64,000 nucleotides of DNA from the sequence record DRR378314_402; one strand, written 5' to 3'. This document shows positions 18,810 to 28,236 of this stretch, piece by piece. Below the pieces are notes generated by a model. It was not told the origin of the DNA. It worked only from the letters and a program-made list of their open reading frames with translations, and did not search any database. The stretch's first letter is position 1. Each line of letters starts with the position of its first letter. The translations under genes and the position numbers were made by a program.

Positions 18810-20171
18810 ATGAAAAGATTATGGTTATTCGCCGCGTTGTTTATAACCACGCAGGCTTTGGCAAGTGACTTTGTAATAAACAATGTGTTGCTGCCAGACT
18901 TCCAGACACGCGAATTAACGCCCGTTAACATTGAAGTTGCGGATGGTAAATTTAAACAAATTGTTGATAGCTCGGTTCCCTTGTCGCATTCCGATGTGCG
19001 TGACGGTAAAGGGCAAGTAATAATGCCAGCCTTTATCGATATGCATTCCCACAGCATGGGCAATTCATCGCTGGATCGTAGCGACTATCAATACATTGGT
19101 ATACGCGGCACCGCGAACGCCATGTTGTACGCGGGCGTGCATGGCTGGCTCGATTTATATAGCGATGAGAATGATATTTTTGAGTATCGCGAACAGCAAT
19201 TTCCACAGGAGCGCGATGAAGCCTACGTATTTGCTGCGGGCCCTTGCTTTACCGTTCCAACCGGGCATTGTGACTTTGGTGAAACGCGATTGATCAGCAC
19301 ACCAGAGGAGGCGGTTACAGAGCTGAGGGATTTAAGCGGTTCAAAGCCTAATGTGGTGAAAGTTGTATTTGATAATGCCGGCAGTAAACCCACCCTTGAT
19401 AAGGCGACGCTTAAGGCCTTTTTGAACGAAGCAAGGCGTCTAAATATTAAGTCGGTGGTGCATATCGGTTCCTGGAGTGATATTCGCACGGCCTCAGAAT
19501 TAGGCGCTGATGCTGTTACCCATTTGCCCTGGCACGCTATACCCGACGATATTCCCGAGCTATTGGTAAAACAGGGAACCGTCATTATTCCTACGGTGAG
19601 TGTTATAAACGAGCTACTGTATTTGCACGACTCAGGCTCCGATGAGCTTGCAGCCTCTGTACTTTCCGTTCCAATGACGAACGCATTAGTCGAGAAAGAT
19701 CTGTTGAGCGACTACCCGATAACCGCAGAAAATAAAGTGTATTTCGACTGGATTGCAGGGTTAAAGGCAGACAACTCTTTTGAAAATCGGAACGATGCAA
19801 TTAAGCGTTTAGATGACGCAGGAGTCAATATACTGGTGGGCTCCGACGGTGGCAATTTCGCTGTATTTCAGGGCGTAGGGTTTCATCGGGAAATGTACTT
19901 TCTGCAGCAAATGGGCATGTCACCCTGGGATATTGTGTTGGGGTCCACTCTTAAGGCCTACGAGTTCCTAGGCGTAGACTGGGGAATTGAAGAAGGTCGT
20001 CCTGCGCATTTCACGTTGCACGATAAGAACATTTTCGAAGACTTAAGTCTTTCAACTGAAGTGGAACAGATTTATCTGCACGGGCGAAAAGTGAGTCGAG
20101 AACCTTTGCTGGATTACGCCAATCCTGGGTTCTTTCAGTACATGAAGTTGTTTTTTGGGTTTGAGGTGTAG
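18810..20171 (+). CDS. Exported metal-dependent amidohydrolase
   Basis: Signal peptide; PAFIDMHSH, VVKVV, VVHI, VTHL and GSDG metal-site motifs. Confidence 0.85.
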   Translation: MKRLWLFAALFITTQALASDFVINNVLLPDFQTRELTPVNIEVADGKFKQIVDSSVPLSHSDVRDGKGQVIMPAFIDMHSHSMGNSSLDRSDYQYIGIRGTANAMLYAGVHGWLDLYSDENDIFEYREQQFPQERDEAYVFAAGPCFTVPTGHCDFGETRLISTPEEAVTELRDLSGSKPNVVKVVFDNAGSKPTLDKATLKAFLNEARRLNIKSVVHIGSWSDIRTASELGADAVTHLPWHAIPDDIPELLVKQGTVIIPTVSVINELLYLHDSGSDELAASVLSVPMTNALVEKDLLSDYPITAENKVYFDWIAGLKADNSFENRNDAIKRLDDAGVNILVGSDGGNFAVFQGVGFHREMYFLQQMGMSPWDIVLGSTLKAYEFLGVDWGIEEGRPAHFTLHDKNIFEDLSLSTEVEQIYLHGRKVSREPLLDYANPGFFQYMKLFFGFEV

Positions 20172-20198
20172 GAGAGCGTAAAAAAGTACTGCAAAACG

Positions 20199-21467
20199 GT
20201 GCATAAAAGGTCAGAATTAGAAGATACCGGATGTACAAAATTACCGTTTAGGCAGGGAAAGACGTTGTCACAAGAACAAAAACAATACGACATACATTGG
20301 CTGACGGGGCAGTTTTTCGATTCCAGCAAAGAGTCCCGGTATCGCGACTCCATTAAAGCGCGGGTACGTTTCGAGTCCCGTCTTGCATTGCCTCTGGTGT
20401 CGGTGGTTGTTGCCATGTTTGGCATTACCGATTACAACCTGCTGGGGTTAACCCGCGAGTTTTATTGGTTGCTTACTATGCGTATAGCCGTGGTGAGCTC
20501 TTGTCTTGTGCTGGCTTTCGCTATCGGGCGCTGGGGTGGTTATTCCCGTAACGCCTGGCTGCATAGTTTGCCGCTATGGATTCTGGCAACGGGCATTATT
20601 CTCATTGTTCCGTTGCGCCCGGAAAGTATTTCCACCCAGATAACCGCAGTGGTGGTTGCGATAATGGCTTTCTATCTTCTCATTCCAAACCTGCTCACAG
20701 TGGCAGCGTTAGCGAGCCTCTATTTAACCGTCGGATTTTTGTCTGCAGCGGCAGTTTATGCCGGAATTCCTTCAGAGAATGTTCTTCGTGTTAGTCTTTT
20801 GCTGATTATGGCCAATATTGTGGGCTACTGTGCTTTATTACGTATAGAGTTTCTGCAGCGCAAGCAATTTGCGCTACTTCAGGATGAGCGTGATCAAAAC
20901 CGTGATCTGCTCAAGGAAATAAAGCATCGAAAATCATTGGAAGCGCAATTGCGCATGGTGGCTGAGCGGGACGCTCTGACGGGGCTGGATAGCCGAAGCC
21001 ATTTTATGAAGCGGGCCGAAGCTTTATTGCAACGAGCTCAGTTGGAAAAAACGCCGTTTTGCCTCTTTATGATCGACGTAGACCATTTTAAGCGCATTAA
21101 TGATACCTGGGGTCATACTCGCGGAGATTTAATTTTGACCAAAATAGCCGAGGTTTGCGAACAGTCGCTGCGACCCACTGATGTTATAGGGCGCTTTGGT
21201 GGTGAAGAGTTCGTCGTAGGCCTGCCGCATACCAGCCCCAGCGAAGCGCAAACCATAGCCGAGCGTCTGAAAGAGAACGTTGAAGCACTGCCATTAACCG
21301 ACGAATTAAGTGAGTTGCGTTTGAGTGTTACTATAGGTATCGCAGTAGCACACGGAGAAGATGATGACCTGGACGCCCTCATCACACGTGCAGATAACAT
21401 GCTGTATGAAGGTAAGCGTGAAGGGAGAAACAGGGTGGTGATGTTTGGAGAGGGGATGGATTCTTGA
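20199..21467 (+). CDS. Membrane-bound diguanylate cyclase
   Basis: Several TMs; DALTGL, IDVDHFKRINDTWGH, RPTD I-site, GRFGGEEF; start uncertain. Confidence 0.9.
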   Translation: MHKRSELEDTGCTKLPFRQGKTLSQEQKQYDIHWLTGQFFDSSKESRYRDSIKARVRFESRLALPLVSVVVAMFGITDYNLLGLTREFYWLLTMRIAVVSSCLVLAFAIGRWGGYSRNAWLHSLPLWILATGIILIVPLRPESISTQITAVVVAIMAFYLLIPNLLTVAALASLYLTVGFLSAAAVYAGIPSENVLRVSLLLIMANIVGYCALLRIEFLQRKQFALLQDERDQNRDLLKEIKHRKSLEAQLRMVAERDALTGLDSRSHFMKRAEALLQRAQLEKTPFCLFMIDVDHFKRINDTWGHTRGDLILTKIAEVCEQSLRPTDVIGRFGGEEFVVGLPHTSPSEAQTIAERLKENVEALPLTDELSELRLSVTIGIAVAHGEDDDLDALITRADNMLYEGKREGRNRVVMFGEGMDS

Positions 21468-21477
21468 GTAATCAACA

Positions 21478-22146
21478 TTGATATCTAAATTACCTAAATG
21501 GATTGAGTATGGAGCGTTTGTACTGGCGTTTGTCGCCGGCTGTATAAACGCTATTGGCTTGCTTGGTTTTGAGCACCAGGCGGTTTCTCATGTTTCAGGT
21601 ACTGCCACTTTGTTTGGTACCAGTATGCTGTCGGGCTCTTTCGATGAGGTGCTGCATTTGGCCGGTGTGTTGTTCTCGTTTTTTGTCGGTGCCGGTCTGT
21701 CTGGATATCTATTGCACGGCACACAGCTAAAGTTAAGCCGTCGTTACGACATTGCTCTCGCAGCTGAATCACTGCTGATATTTGTTTCGTTTTATTTACT
21801 GTCTGAAGGATCATTTTACGGCCATTTCACCGCATCATTAGCCTGCGGTATGCAGAATGCCCTGGCAACGACGTACAGCGGTGCCATTGTACGGACTACG
21901 CACCTCACCGGTATTTTTACTGACTTAGGCATTATGTTTGGGTCGGTTATGCGCGGCAAAGCTTTCGATAAAAGAAAAGCGGTATTGTTTGGATTAATCA
22001 TTGCCGGCTTTGTTACCGGAGGAACATCCGGCGCCTATCTGTTCATGTTATTACAGTTCCAGGCGTTGTTAGTACCAGCCGTTATTTGTCTGGCGCTCGC
22101 GATCTTGTATCGTGTGCATTATAGAAGATCAGGCCAGCATAAATAA
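21478..22146 (+). CDS. YoaK/DUF1275 family membrane protein
   Basis: LAFVAG.INA; SHVSG; GMQNA; VRTTHLTG. Confidence 0.88.
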   Translation: MISKLPKWIEYGAFVLAFVAGCINAIGLLGFEHQAVSHVSGTATLFGTSMLSGSFDEVLHLAGVLFSFFVGAGLSGYLLHGTQLKLSRRYDIALAAESLLIFVSFYLLSEGSFYGHFTASLACGMQNALATTYSGAIVRTTHLTGIFTDLGIMFGSVMRGKAFDKRKAVLFGLIIAGFVTGGTSGAYLFMLLQFQALLVPAVICLALAILYRVHYRRSGQHK

Positions 22147-22223
22147 ACTCGCCTAAAAGGTGGCTATGTGTCGTTAGAGCTTGGGTGGGTTAAAATTCTG
22201 AGATGAATTAATTGGGAGAAGTC

Positions 22224-23273
22224 ATGCACGGAGAATATAAAGTACCAGGCGGTAAGCTAGTCGTTGCTGATGTTAATTTAGAAGAGGGCTGCCTGAGTGA
22301 GGTCAGTATTTCAGGCGACTTTTTCTTAGAACCTGACTCTGCGCTAAACCTAATCAATGAGGCTTTAACCGGACTACCCGAGACATCAAGCCATAAAACG
22401 CTGGCTGCCGCAATTGATGAGGCACTTGATGAAGACGTAATGATGTTCGGTTTTTCCGCCGAAGCTGTTGCTACCGCTGTACGACGTGCTTTAGGTAAGG
22501 CGAGCAGTTGGTTAGATCATCAGTTCACTCTTATTCCACCAGTAACACTGCCCGCAGCAGAACATGCCGCGTTAGACGAAGTGATAGCCGATTCAGTTGC
22601 CAAAGGTTTACGAGGCCCAACATTAAGATTTTGGGACTGGGACGATTCTGTGGTGGTGATTGGTTCTTTTCAGTCAGTAAAAAATGAAGTGGATATGGCC
22701 GCCGCGAAAGAGGCCAATGTCCAAGTTGTACGTCGGGCGACAGGTGGCGGTGCTATGTTCATGGAGCCCGGTAATTGCATTACTTACTCATTAACGGTAC
22801 CCACCTCATTAGTCGATGGTATGAGCATTGAAAAGTCTTATGAGTTTTTAGATGCCTGGGTTTTGGCTGCGTTAGCTGAGGTTGGTATCAAAGCCTACTA
22901 TAAACCGCTAAATGATATAGCTTCTGCGCAAGGCAAAATAGGTGGAGCAGCACAAAAGCGCTTTGCCAATGGCGTTGTCGTGCATCATGCGACTCTCGCT
23001 TACGACATTGATGCCAATAAGATGCTGCAGGTGTTACGCACTGGCCGTGAGAAACTCTCGGATAAAGGCATTACCAGTGCCAATAAACGAGTTGATCCTA
23101 TGCGTAGCCAGACAGGCTTAACCAGAACCGCCATTATTGATGCTTTTATGAATCAGTTTACCCAGGCTTATCAAACCCAGGTCGATGACTATTTACCGCA
23201 AGAATTATCCGAGGCAAGGACTCTGGTAGAAACGAAATATTTGACGGAAGAGTGGTTATATAAAGTAACTTAA
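22224..23273 (+). CDS. lplA: Lipoate-protein ligase A, circularly permuted (accessory domain N-terminal)
   Basis: HGEYKVPGGKLV...ISGDFFLEP accessory domain precedes the catalytic VRRATGGGAMF, NDI, KIGGAAQ. Confidence 0.85.
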   Translation: MHGEYKVPGGKLVVADVNLEEGCLSEVSISGDFFLEPDSALNLINEALTGLPETSSHKTLAAAIDEALDEDVMMFGFSAEAVATAVRRALGKASSWLDHQFTLIPPVTLPAAEHAALDEVIADSVAKGLRGPTLRFWDWDDSVVVIGSFQSVKNEVDMAAAKEANVQVVRRATGGGAMFMEPGNCITYSLTVPTSLVDGMSIEKSYEFLDAWVLAALAEVGIKAYYKPLNDIASAQGKIGGAAQKRFANGVVVHHATLAYDIDANKMLQVLRTGREKLSDKGITSANKRVDPMRSQTGLTRTAIIDAFMNQFTQAYQTQVDDYLPQELSEARTLVETKYLTEEWLYKVT

Positions 23274-23433
23274 ACATGGGGAATCATCATGATTACCTTC
23301 AGTTCTACTAAGAACCTGACTAACGCTGCAGAGCTGACCCTTGCCAATACGTACACAAAAAAACTCTCTTCACAGACATAAAAGTCCGCGCTCCATGCTG
23401 TCTAGATCGCTATGTTTAGTTTAGAGTATTTGC

Positions 23434-23835
23434 ATGCTTTTAAAATATACCCTAACGGAGTATACTTTGATTTATAAGACAAAGGAATTTGCTTCTTTAA
23501 TGAAAAAAGAAGCAATGTCTGACGAAGATCTGATTAATGCTTGCAAGGAAATGAGTAAAGGCCTTATTGATGCAGACTTAGGCGGTAATGTTTATAAAAA
23601 GTGTATTGCCTATAGCAATAAAGGAAAACGCGGCGGGTATAGAACAATTGTTGGTGCTGTTATAGGTAAAAAGTACTTTTTCCTTTATGTGTTTGCGAAA
23701 AATAAAAAGACTAATATCAGTTCTAAAGAGAAGGTTGCTTTAAAAGAGCTAGCTAGAATGTTTATCAGCTTTGATAAAAAGCGGTTAGGTAAGCTTGTCA
23801 AAGAGGGTGAGCTTATCGAGGTAGGTGATTTATGA
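23434..23835 (+). CDS. Type II toxin, RelE/HigB family (start uncertain, possibly TTG 23467)
   Basis: IYKTKEF...DADLGGNVYKK.IA...GKRGGYRTI...FFLYVFAKN; stop overlaps the antitoxin start. Confidence 0.85.
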   Translation: MLLKYTLTEYTLIYKTKEFASLMKKEAMSDEDLINACKEMSKGLIDADLGGNVYKKCIAYSNKGKRGGYRTIVGAVIGKKYFFLYVFAKNKKTNISSKEKVALKELARMFISFDKKRLGKLVKEGELIEVGDL

Positions 23836-24134
23836 GTGATATTTTAAAGTCTGTTCATAAAACGGCTAAGGGTTTGAAAAACTCGGGTGTAATAGATAAG
23901 ACAACGATGCGCAAGTTTGATGCGTTATGCTTGACCACTGTCCATGAATTTTCCGCTGAACAGGTTAGAGCTCTTAGACTGAAATATAAGTTATCACAGC
24001 CCGTATTCGCACAATATTTGAATGTTAGCGATAAACTGGTTAAGAAGTGGGAGCAGGGCGACAGTAAGCCACGCGGAGCAGCGCTTAAAATGCTTTCTAT
24101 TGCCGAGAAAAAAGGTTTAGAAGTTATTGCTTAA
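23832..24134 (+). CDS. HigA/YiaG-type HTH antitoxin
   Basis: IDKTTMRKFD; LSQPVFAQYLNVS..LVKKWEQG..KP.GAALK. Confidence 0.88.
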   Translation: MSDILKSVHKTAKGLKNSGVIDKTTMRKFDALCLTTVHEFSAEQVRALRLKYKLSQPVFAQYLNVSDKLVKKWEQGDSKPRGAALKMLSIAEKKGLEVIA

Positions 24135-24154
24135 ACTAATTTGGAACCCTGAGA

Positions 24155-24781
24155 ATGTACGTACCGAAGCACTTCGAGGAAGATGACAACGCAAAGTTGC
24201 ATCAATATATTCGGGATTATGGTTTTGGCGTATTAATTATTACCGATGAAGATGGCATTGAGGCAAACCACCTTCCTTTTCATTTAAGTTGTGAAGAAGG
24301 CGAATCTCTTGGAACGCTTCAGTGTCACGTGGCACGTAATAACTCGGTATGGCAGCGTCTTAAAAATGGTGGTCGCGTGTTAGCCGTTTTTCAGGGACCG
24401 GACGGATATGTTTCTCCCTCGTGGTATCCCTCTAAAGCAGAAACAGGGCGAGTTGTACCAACCTGGAATTATCTGGCTGTGCATGCGGCAGGGAAAGCGA
24501 GAATTGTTGAGGATGCAACTTGGCTGAAACAGCATTTAACGAAACTAACAGACCAGCATGAGTCAGGAATGAAAGAACCCTGGCAGGTAGATGATGCTCC
24601 TCATGATTTCACTGACCGCTTAGTTAAGGCTATTGTTGGTATAGAGATAGAAATTGAAACCCTGACCGGTAAATTGAAAGCGAGCCAAAACTTGCCAGAA
24701 CGAAATAGAGCAGGAGTTAAAGCAGGTCTTGAAGGCAGTGAGCAGCCGCAGAGCCGTGCAATGTCTAAATTCGTTAGTTAG
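24155..24781 (+). CDS. PaiB-like FMN-binding protein
   Basis: MYVPKHF; HLP; HVARNN; YVSPSWY; VPTWNY; KLKASQN. Confidence 0.9.
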   Translation: MYVPKHFEEDDNAKLHQYIRDYGFGVLIITDEDGIEANHLPFHLSCEEGESLGTLQCHVARNNSVWQRLKNGGRVLAVFQGPDGYVSPSWYPSKAETGRVVPTWNYLAVHAAGKARIVEDATWLKQHLTKLTDQHESGMKEPWQVDDAPHDFTDRLVKAIVGIEIEIETLTGKLKASQNLPERNRAGVKAGLEGSEQPQSRAMSKFVS

Positions 24782-24833
24782 CAAAAGCGGGCCGTTTGGG
24801 TTACTAGATAAATAAACCTAAGGAGAAACTCCT

Positions 24834-25367
24834 GTGCTACAAAACAGTTATGTTTGTCTGATGGCCGAATATAACCAATGGATGAATCTCAAACTCTACG
24901 ATGCATGCTCTCATTTATCTGACGAGCAACTCAGCGAGGACCGGGGGGCATTCTTTGGTTCTATAATAGGCACACTGAATCATCTGGCAGTTGCTGATAC
25001 CATTTGGTTAAAGCGTATGTCTACCGACTTAAGCCATCACCAGGAACTAGACGCACTGTCCCGCCTATCTATGCCGCAGGCATTGAATACCATTCTCCAT
25101 CCAAAACTAAAAGATCTGGCTGAATACAGGCAACATCTCGATAATCTATTTCTGTCGCTATCAAAAGTTGTAACGGACGGCGAATTGCAACAAACAATCA
25201 CCTACAAAAACACCAAAGGCATTGAGTTTAAGAAGGTGCTCTTTAGTTTATTGGTTCATGTTTTTAACCATCAAACACACCACCGAGGGCAAACCACTAC
25301 GTTACTTTCACAAGCCGGTGTTGATGTTGGTGTGACTGATTTGCTGGCTATTATTCCTGACTTATAA
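24834..25367 (+). CDS. DinB family protein
   Basis: YNQWMN; FFGSIIGTLNH; HVFNHQTHHRGQ. Confidence 0.9.
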   Translation: MLQNSYVCLMAEYNQWMNLKLYDACSHLSDEQLSEDRGAFFGSIIGTLNHLAVADTIWLKRMSTDLSHHQELDALSRLSMPQALNTILHPKLKDLAEYRQHLDNLFLSLSKVVTDGELQQTITYKNTKGIEFKKVLFSLLVHVFNHQTHHRGQTTTLLSQAGVDVGVTDLLAIIPDL

Positions 25368-25528
25368 CAGATTTTGTTATGCATTGTGATAGGTGAACCT
25401 GACTCAGGTATTTAAGCGACAGAAAATTTTTTGTTTGTGTCCGATTTTTCCAAGAATTGCCGAATTATTGTCTATAGTTTGTTTTAGATCAGATGGTGGA
25501 TGAGTGGATAGATTCAGTGGAGGAATAA

Positions 25529-25939
25529 ATGAAATCTATTACGACAACACTAATGTTTGTTCGCGAGCAAGCTGGGAAAGCCGAAGAGGCTATTAAGCTT
25601 TATACCTCGGTATTTCCCAATTCGAAAATTATTGATATTCAGCACTACGGAGCAGATGAACCTGAGCCGGAAGGTTCGGTTAAGTTAGCTCGGTTCACAA
25701 TCAATGACGTCGAATTTATGGCAAGAGATAGCCATCTTAATCATAAATTCAGTTTTACGCCTTCCATGTCTTTGTATGTTGAATGTGAATCGGAGAATGA
25801 AATACAGCATGCGTTTGGGACCTTAGCTAAAGGTGGGATGGAGTTGATGCCTCTGGATAACTACGGATTCAGTGAAAAATTCGGTTGGTTAAACGATAAA
25901 TATGGGGTTTCGTGGCAGTTTAATCTACCTAAAGGGTGA
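25529..25939 (+). CDS. VOC/PhnB family protein
   Basis: AEEA...Y.SVF; FTPSMS; MPL..YGFSEKFGWLNDKYGVSWQ. Confidence 0.88.
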   Translation: MKSITTTLMFVREQAGKAEEAIKLYTSVFPNSKIIDIQHYGADEPEPEGSVKLARFTINDVEFMARDSHLNHKFSFTPSMSLYVECESENEIQHAFGTLAKGGMELMPLDNYGFSEKFGWLNDKYGVSWQFNLPKG

Positions 25940-25974
25940 ACCTGCGTAGCCTTAAAAGGTTCGGTCTGGAGAAG

Positions 25975-26616
25975 ATGATGAACAACCTAATTCTTACAAC
26001 CTTTGACTGGGTTCCCGAAATGCCAAGAGGTTATGTACGCGACATACGGGTGCGTTGGGCATTGGAAGAAGCTGGTTTGCCCTACAGTGTTAATAGTGTT
26101 CCTTTTCGTGAAAGAGGTGCGAAGCACTTATTAAACCAACCGTTTGGGCAAGTTCCCTGGTTGACTGATGGCGACATCTCAGTATTCGAAAGCGGTGCTA
26201 TTCTGCTTTACTTAAGTGAGCTTAGTGAAGTGTTAATGCCCACCGAGAAAAACAGTCGTATGAAGGTTATAGAATGGTTGTTCGCTGCGCTCAATTCGGT
26301 TGAGGCGGCTAGCCTGCCCTGGTCAATATTTAAGTTTTCGGGTGATAAAGCAGAAACACCTGGGCGCAACCATCTGGATGATTTTCTTAAAGGCCGACTG
26401 AAGGACATGGAAGCCGTATTAATGAATAGAGAATGGTTAGCTAATACGTTTTCTGTTGCTGACATAGTGATGGCGGATGTCTTTCGTCTCATTCATAGAT
26501 TTAACGGGTTGGCCGAATATCCGGCCTGTCGTGACTACGTTGAACGCGCTACAGCCCGTCCGGCTTTTGTGAAAGCGCATAAAGATCAAATAGCACATTT
26601 TGCTGCGGCGGACTGA
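25975..26616 (+). CDS. Glutathione S-transferase family protein
   Basis: RVRWALEE; QPFGQVP; FESGAIL; FSVADI; GGAGA RBS before ATG 25975. Confidence 0.9.
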   Translation: MMNNLILTTFDWVPEMPRGYVRDIRVRWALEEAGLPYSVNSVPFRERGAKHLLNQPFGQVPWLTDGDISVFESGAILLYLSELSEVLMPTEKNSRMKVIEWLFAALNSVEAASLPWSIFKFSGDKAETPGRNHLDDFLKGRLKDMEAVLMNREWLANTFSVADIVMADVFRLIHRFNGLAEYPACRDYVERATARPAFVKAHKDQIAHFAAAD

Positions 26617-26650
26617 CTCGTTTGCTGCCAGTATTTACAGGAGATAAGTC

Positions 26651-27076
26651 ATGAAAACTGAAGAAAAATACCACGGTAGCTGTCTGTGTGGATCCGTTAG
26701 TGTATCTGCACATGTTAAAAGCAAAAGCGTCGATGCGTGTCACTGCGGAATGTGTCAGAAGTGGGGGGGAGGTCCTTTTTTTGCAGTGGAATGTGGCGAC
26801 CAGGCAAGCTTTGATGGCGATGAGAACATCACTGTGTTCGACTCATCGGAATGGGCGGAGCGTGGTTTTTGCAAAAACTGTGGTACTCATTTGTTTTACC
26901 GCTTAAAGGGTGAAGAATATTACGCAGTACCTTTTGCATTGTTTGAAGGTCATGACGACTGGGAGTTCTCTGGGCAAATATTCATTGAGCAGAAACCTAA
27001 GTTTTATTCTTTTTCGGAGCAAACGAAGAACCTGACCGGCGAAGAAGTTTTTGCTCAGCATGCCGCTTCAAAGTAG
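26651..27076 (+). CDS. GFA/CENP-V family Zn-binding protein
   Basis: GSCLCG; CHCGMCQK; RGFCKNCGT. Confidence 0.9.
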   Translation: MKTEEKYHGSCLCGSVSVSAHVKSKSVDACHCGMCQKWGGGPFFAVECGDQASFDGDENITVFDSSEWAERGFCKNCGTHLFYRLKGEEYYAVPFALFEGHDDWEFSGQIFIEQKPKFYSFSEQTKNLTGEEVFAQHAASK

Positions 27077-27090
27077 CGAAGCGGTTTTTG

Positions 27091-27119
27091 CTGTCATTAA
27101 ATCGTCATGCCACTGACAC
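27091..27119 (+). promoter_or_regulatory. Pho box (PhoB site)
   Basis: CTGTCAT-TAAA-TCGTCAT-GCCA-CTGACAC: three 7-mers at 11-bp periodicity. Confidence 0.75.
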
Positions 27120-27174
27120 ATTCATTCGATAGCATCCGCTCCCGTGATTCAACACCAACAAAGAGCGTCGCTAT

Positions 27175-28065
27175 ATGTCCGTGATCCGAGTCTTATCTGT
27201 TATTTCCCTGCTAGTATGCATGACCTTAACGAGCGCTTTTGCTAATGGTGCTGAGGCCTCTCATTCTGATGACAATCTGGTATTAAAGTTTGCCGTACTG
27301 GGTGATGCTGAGCCTAAACCCAAAGCAGAGTTCCCGGGTGTATCTGCTGCCGTTGACGATGTAAACAAATTGGCGGAAAACGGCACTATGGATTTTGTTG
27401 TCGGCGTGGGTGATATTGCGCACAAAGGCACGTTGATTCAATACGAAAATGTGACGCCGGTGCTGCAACGCCTGAGCCTGCCGTTCTATCCTATTATGGG
27501 CAACGAGGAGCATGGCTCTACTGTAGAGCGCTACCTGAAATATGTGAACTTGTGGAATGACGGTAAAATTTCCATAGAGAAACCAAGCTATGTTCTGGAG
27601 CGCGACTCTGTTGCTTTGGTGTTCGCTTCTCCGGATTTCGGTCGGGATTTTGGCGACGAGGGGATTGCCTGGATGAAGGAGCAAATAGAGCGTTTGGCTC
27701 CGAAACCTGTACTGCTTGTTGTTCACGGTGCACAAACGGGTGTGTACCCTGAAAATGCAGATAAAGGCGTGACGCATGAAGGGTTTAAAGACATTGTTGC
27801 GCAACCGAATTTAGCAGCAGTGCTGTCAGGCGACTTGCATATGGATATGGAACGAGTTAACCACTCTAAGCAAATTGACGGTGTTCATTATTTACATATG
27901 CCCGCACTGGAACGCACAAAAATACCGGACGAAACCCGTCACACGCCAATGTTCCGTGTGTTCAGTATTTTTGATGACGGACAGGTATTGGTAGAAACTT
28001 ACCAGGTAGACGTTGAAAAACCGCTGGCGCGTCATGAATATCGGTTTGAACTCCCTGGTAAATAA
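27175..28065 (+). CDS. Exported calcineurin-like metallophosphoesterase
   Basis: Signal peptide; LGDAE, GVGDI, MGNEE, VVHG, SGDLH (atypical metal ligands). Confidence 0.8.
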   Translation: MSVIRVLSVISLLVCMTLTSAFANGAEASHSDDNLVLKFAVLGDAEPKPKAEFPGVSAAVDDVNKLAENGTMDFVVGVGDIAHKGTLIQYENVTPVLQRLSLPFYPIMGNEEHGSTVERYLKYVNLWNDGKISIEKPSYVLERDSVALVFASPDFGRDFGDEGIAWMKEQIERLAPKPVLLVVHGAQTGVYPENADKGVTHEGFKDIVAQPNLAAVLSGDLHMDMERVNHSKQIDGVHYLHMPALERTKIPDETRHTPMFRVFSIFDDGQVLVETYQVDVEKPLARHEYRFELPGK

Positions 28066-28071
28066 TGTTTT

Positions 28072-28106
28072 AAAAAGCCTGTCGGAATAGTTTCCGGCAG
28101 GCTATT
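28072..28106 (+). terminator. Intrinsic terminator-like hairpin
   Basis: AGCCTGTCGGAA-TAGT-TTCCGGCAGGCT after the phosphoesterase. Confidence 0.65.
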
Positions 28107-28236
28107 CTCTATGTTTTTGCCCATCAACTAGCCTTTCTGATAAGTTGTAAAGATAAAGCAAACCTTCCCCAAAGTGCCTGAAGTATCGATAATATAAACA
28201 ACTTCAACTATCTCATTAAACGCACAAGGGATTGTA

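Noticed and set aside
25430-25480. TGTCCGATTT... as an ECF sigma promoter for the VOC-GST-GFA genes
   Set aside because: The -10 element is too degenerate and no ECF sigma gene is nearby.
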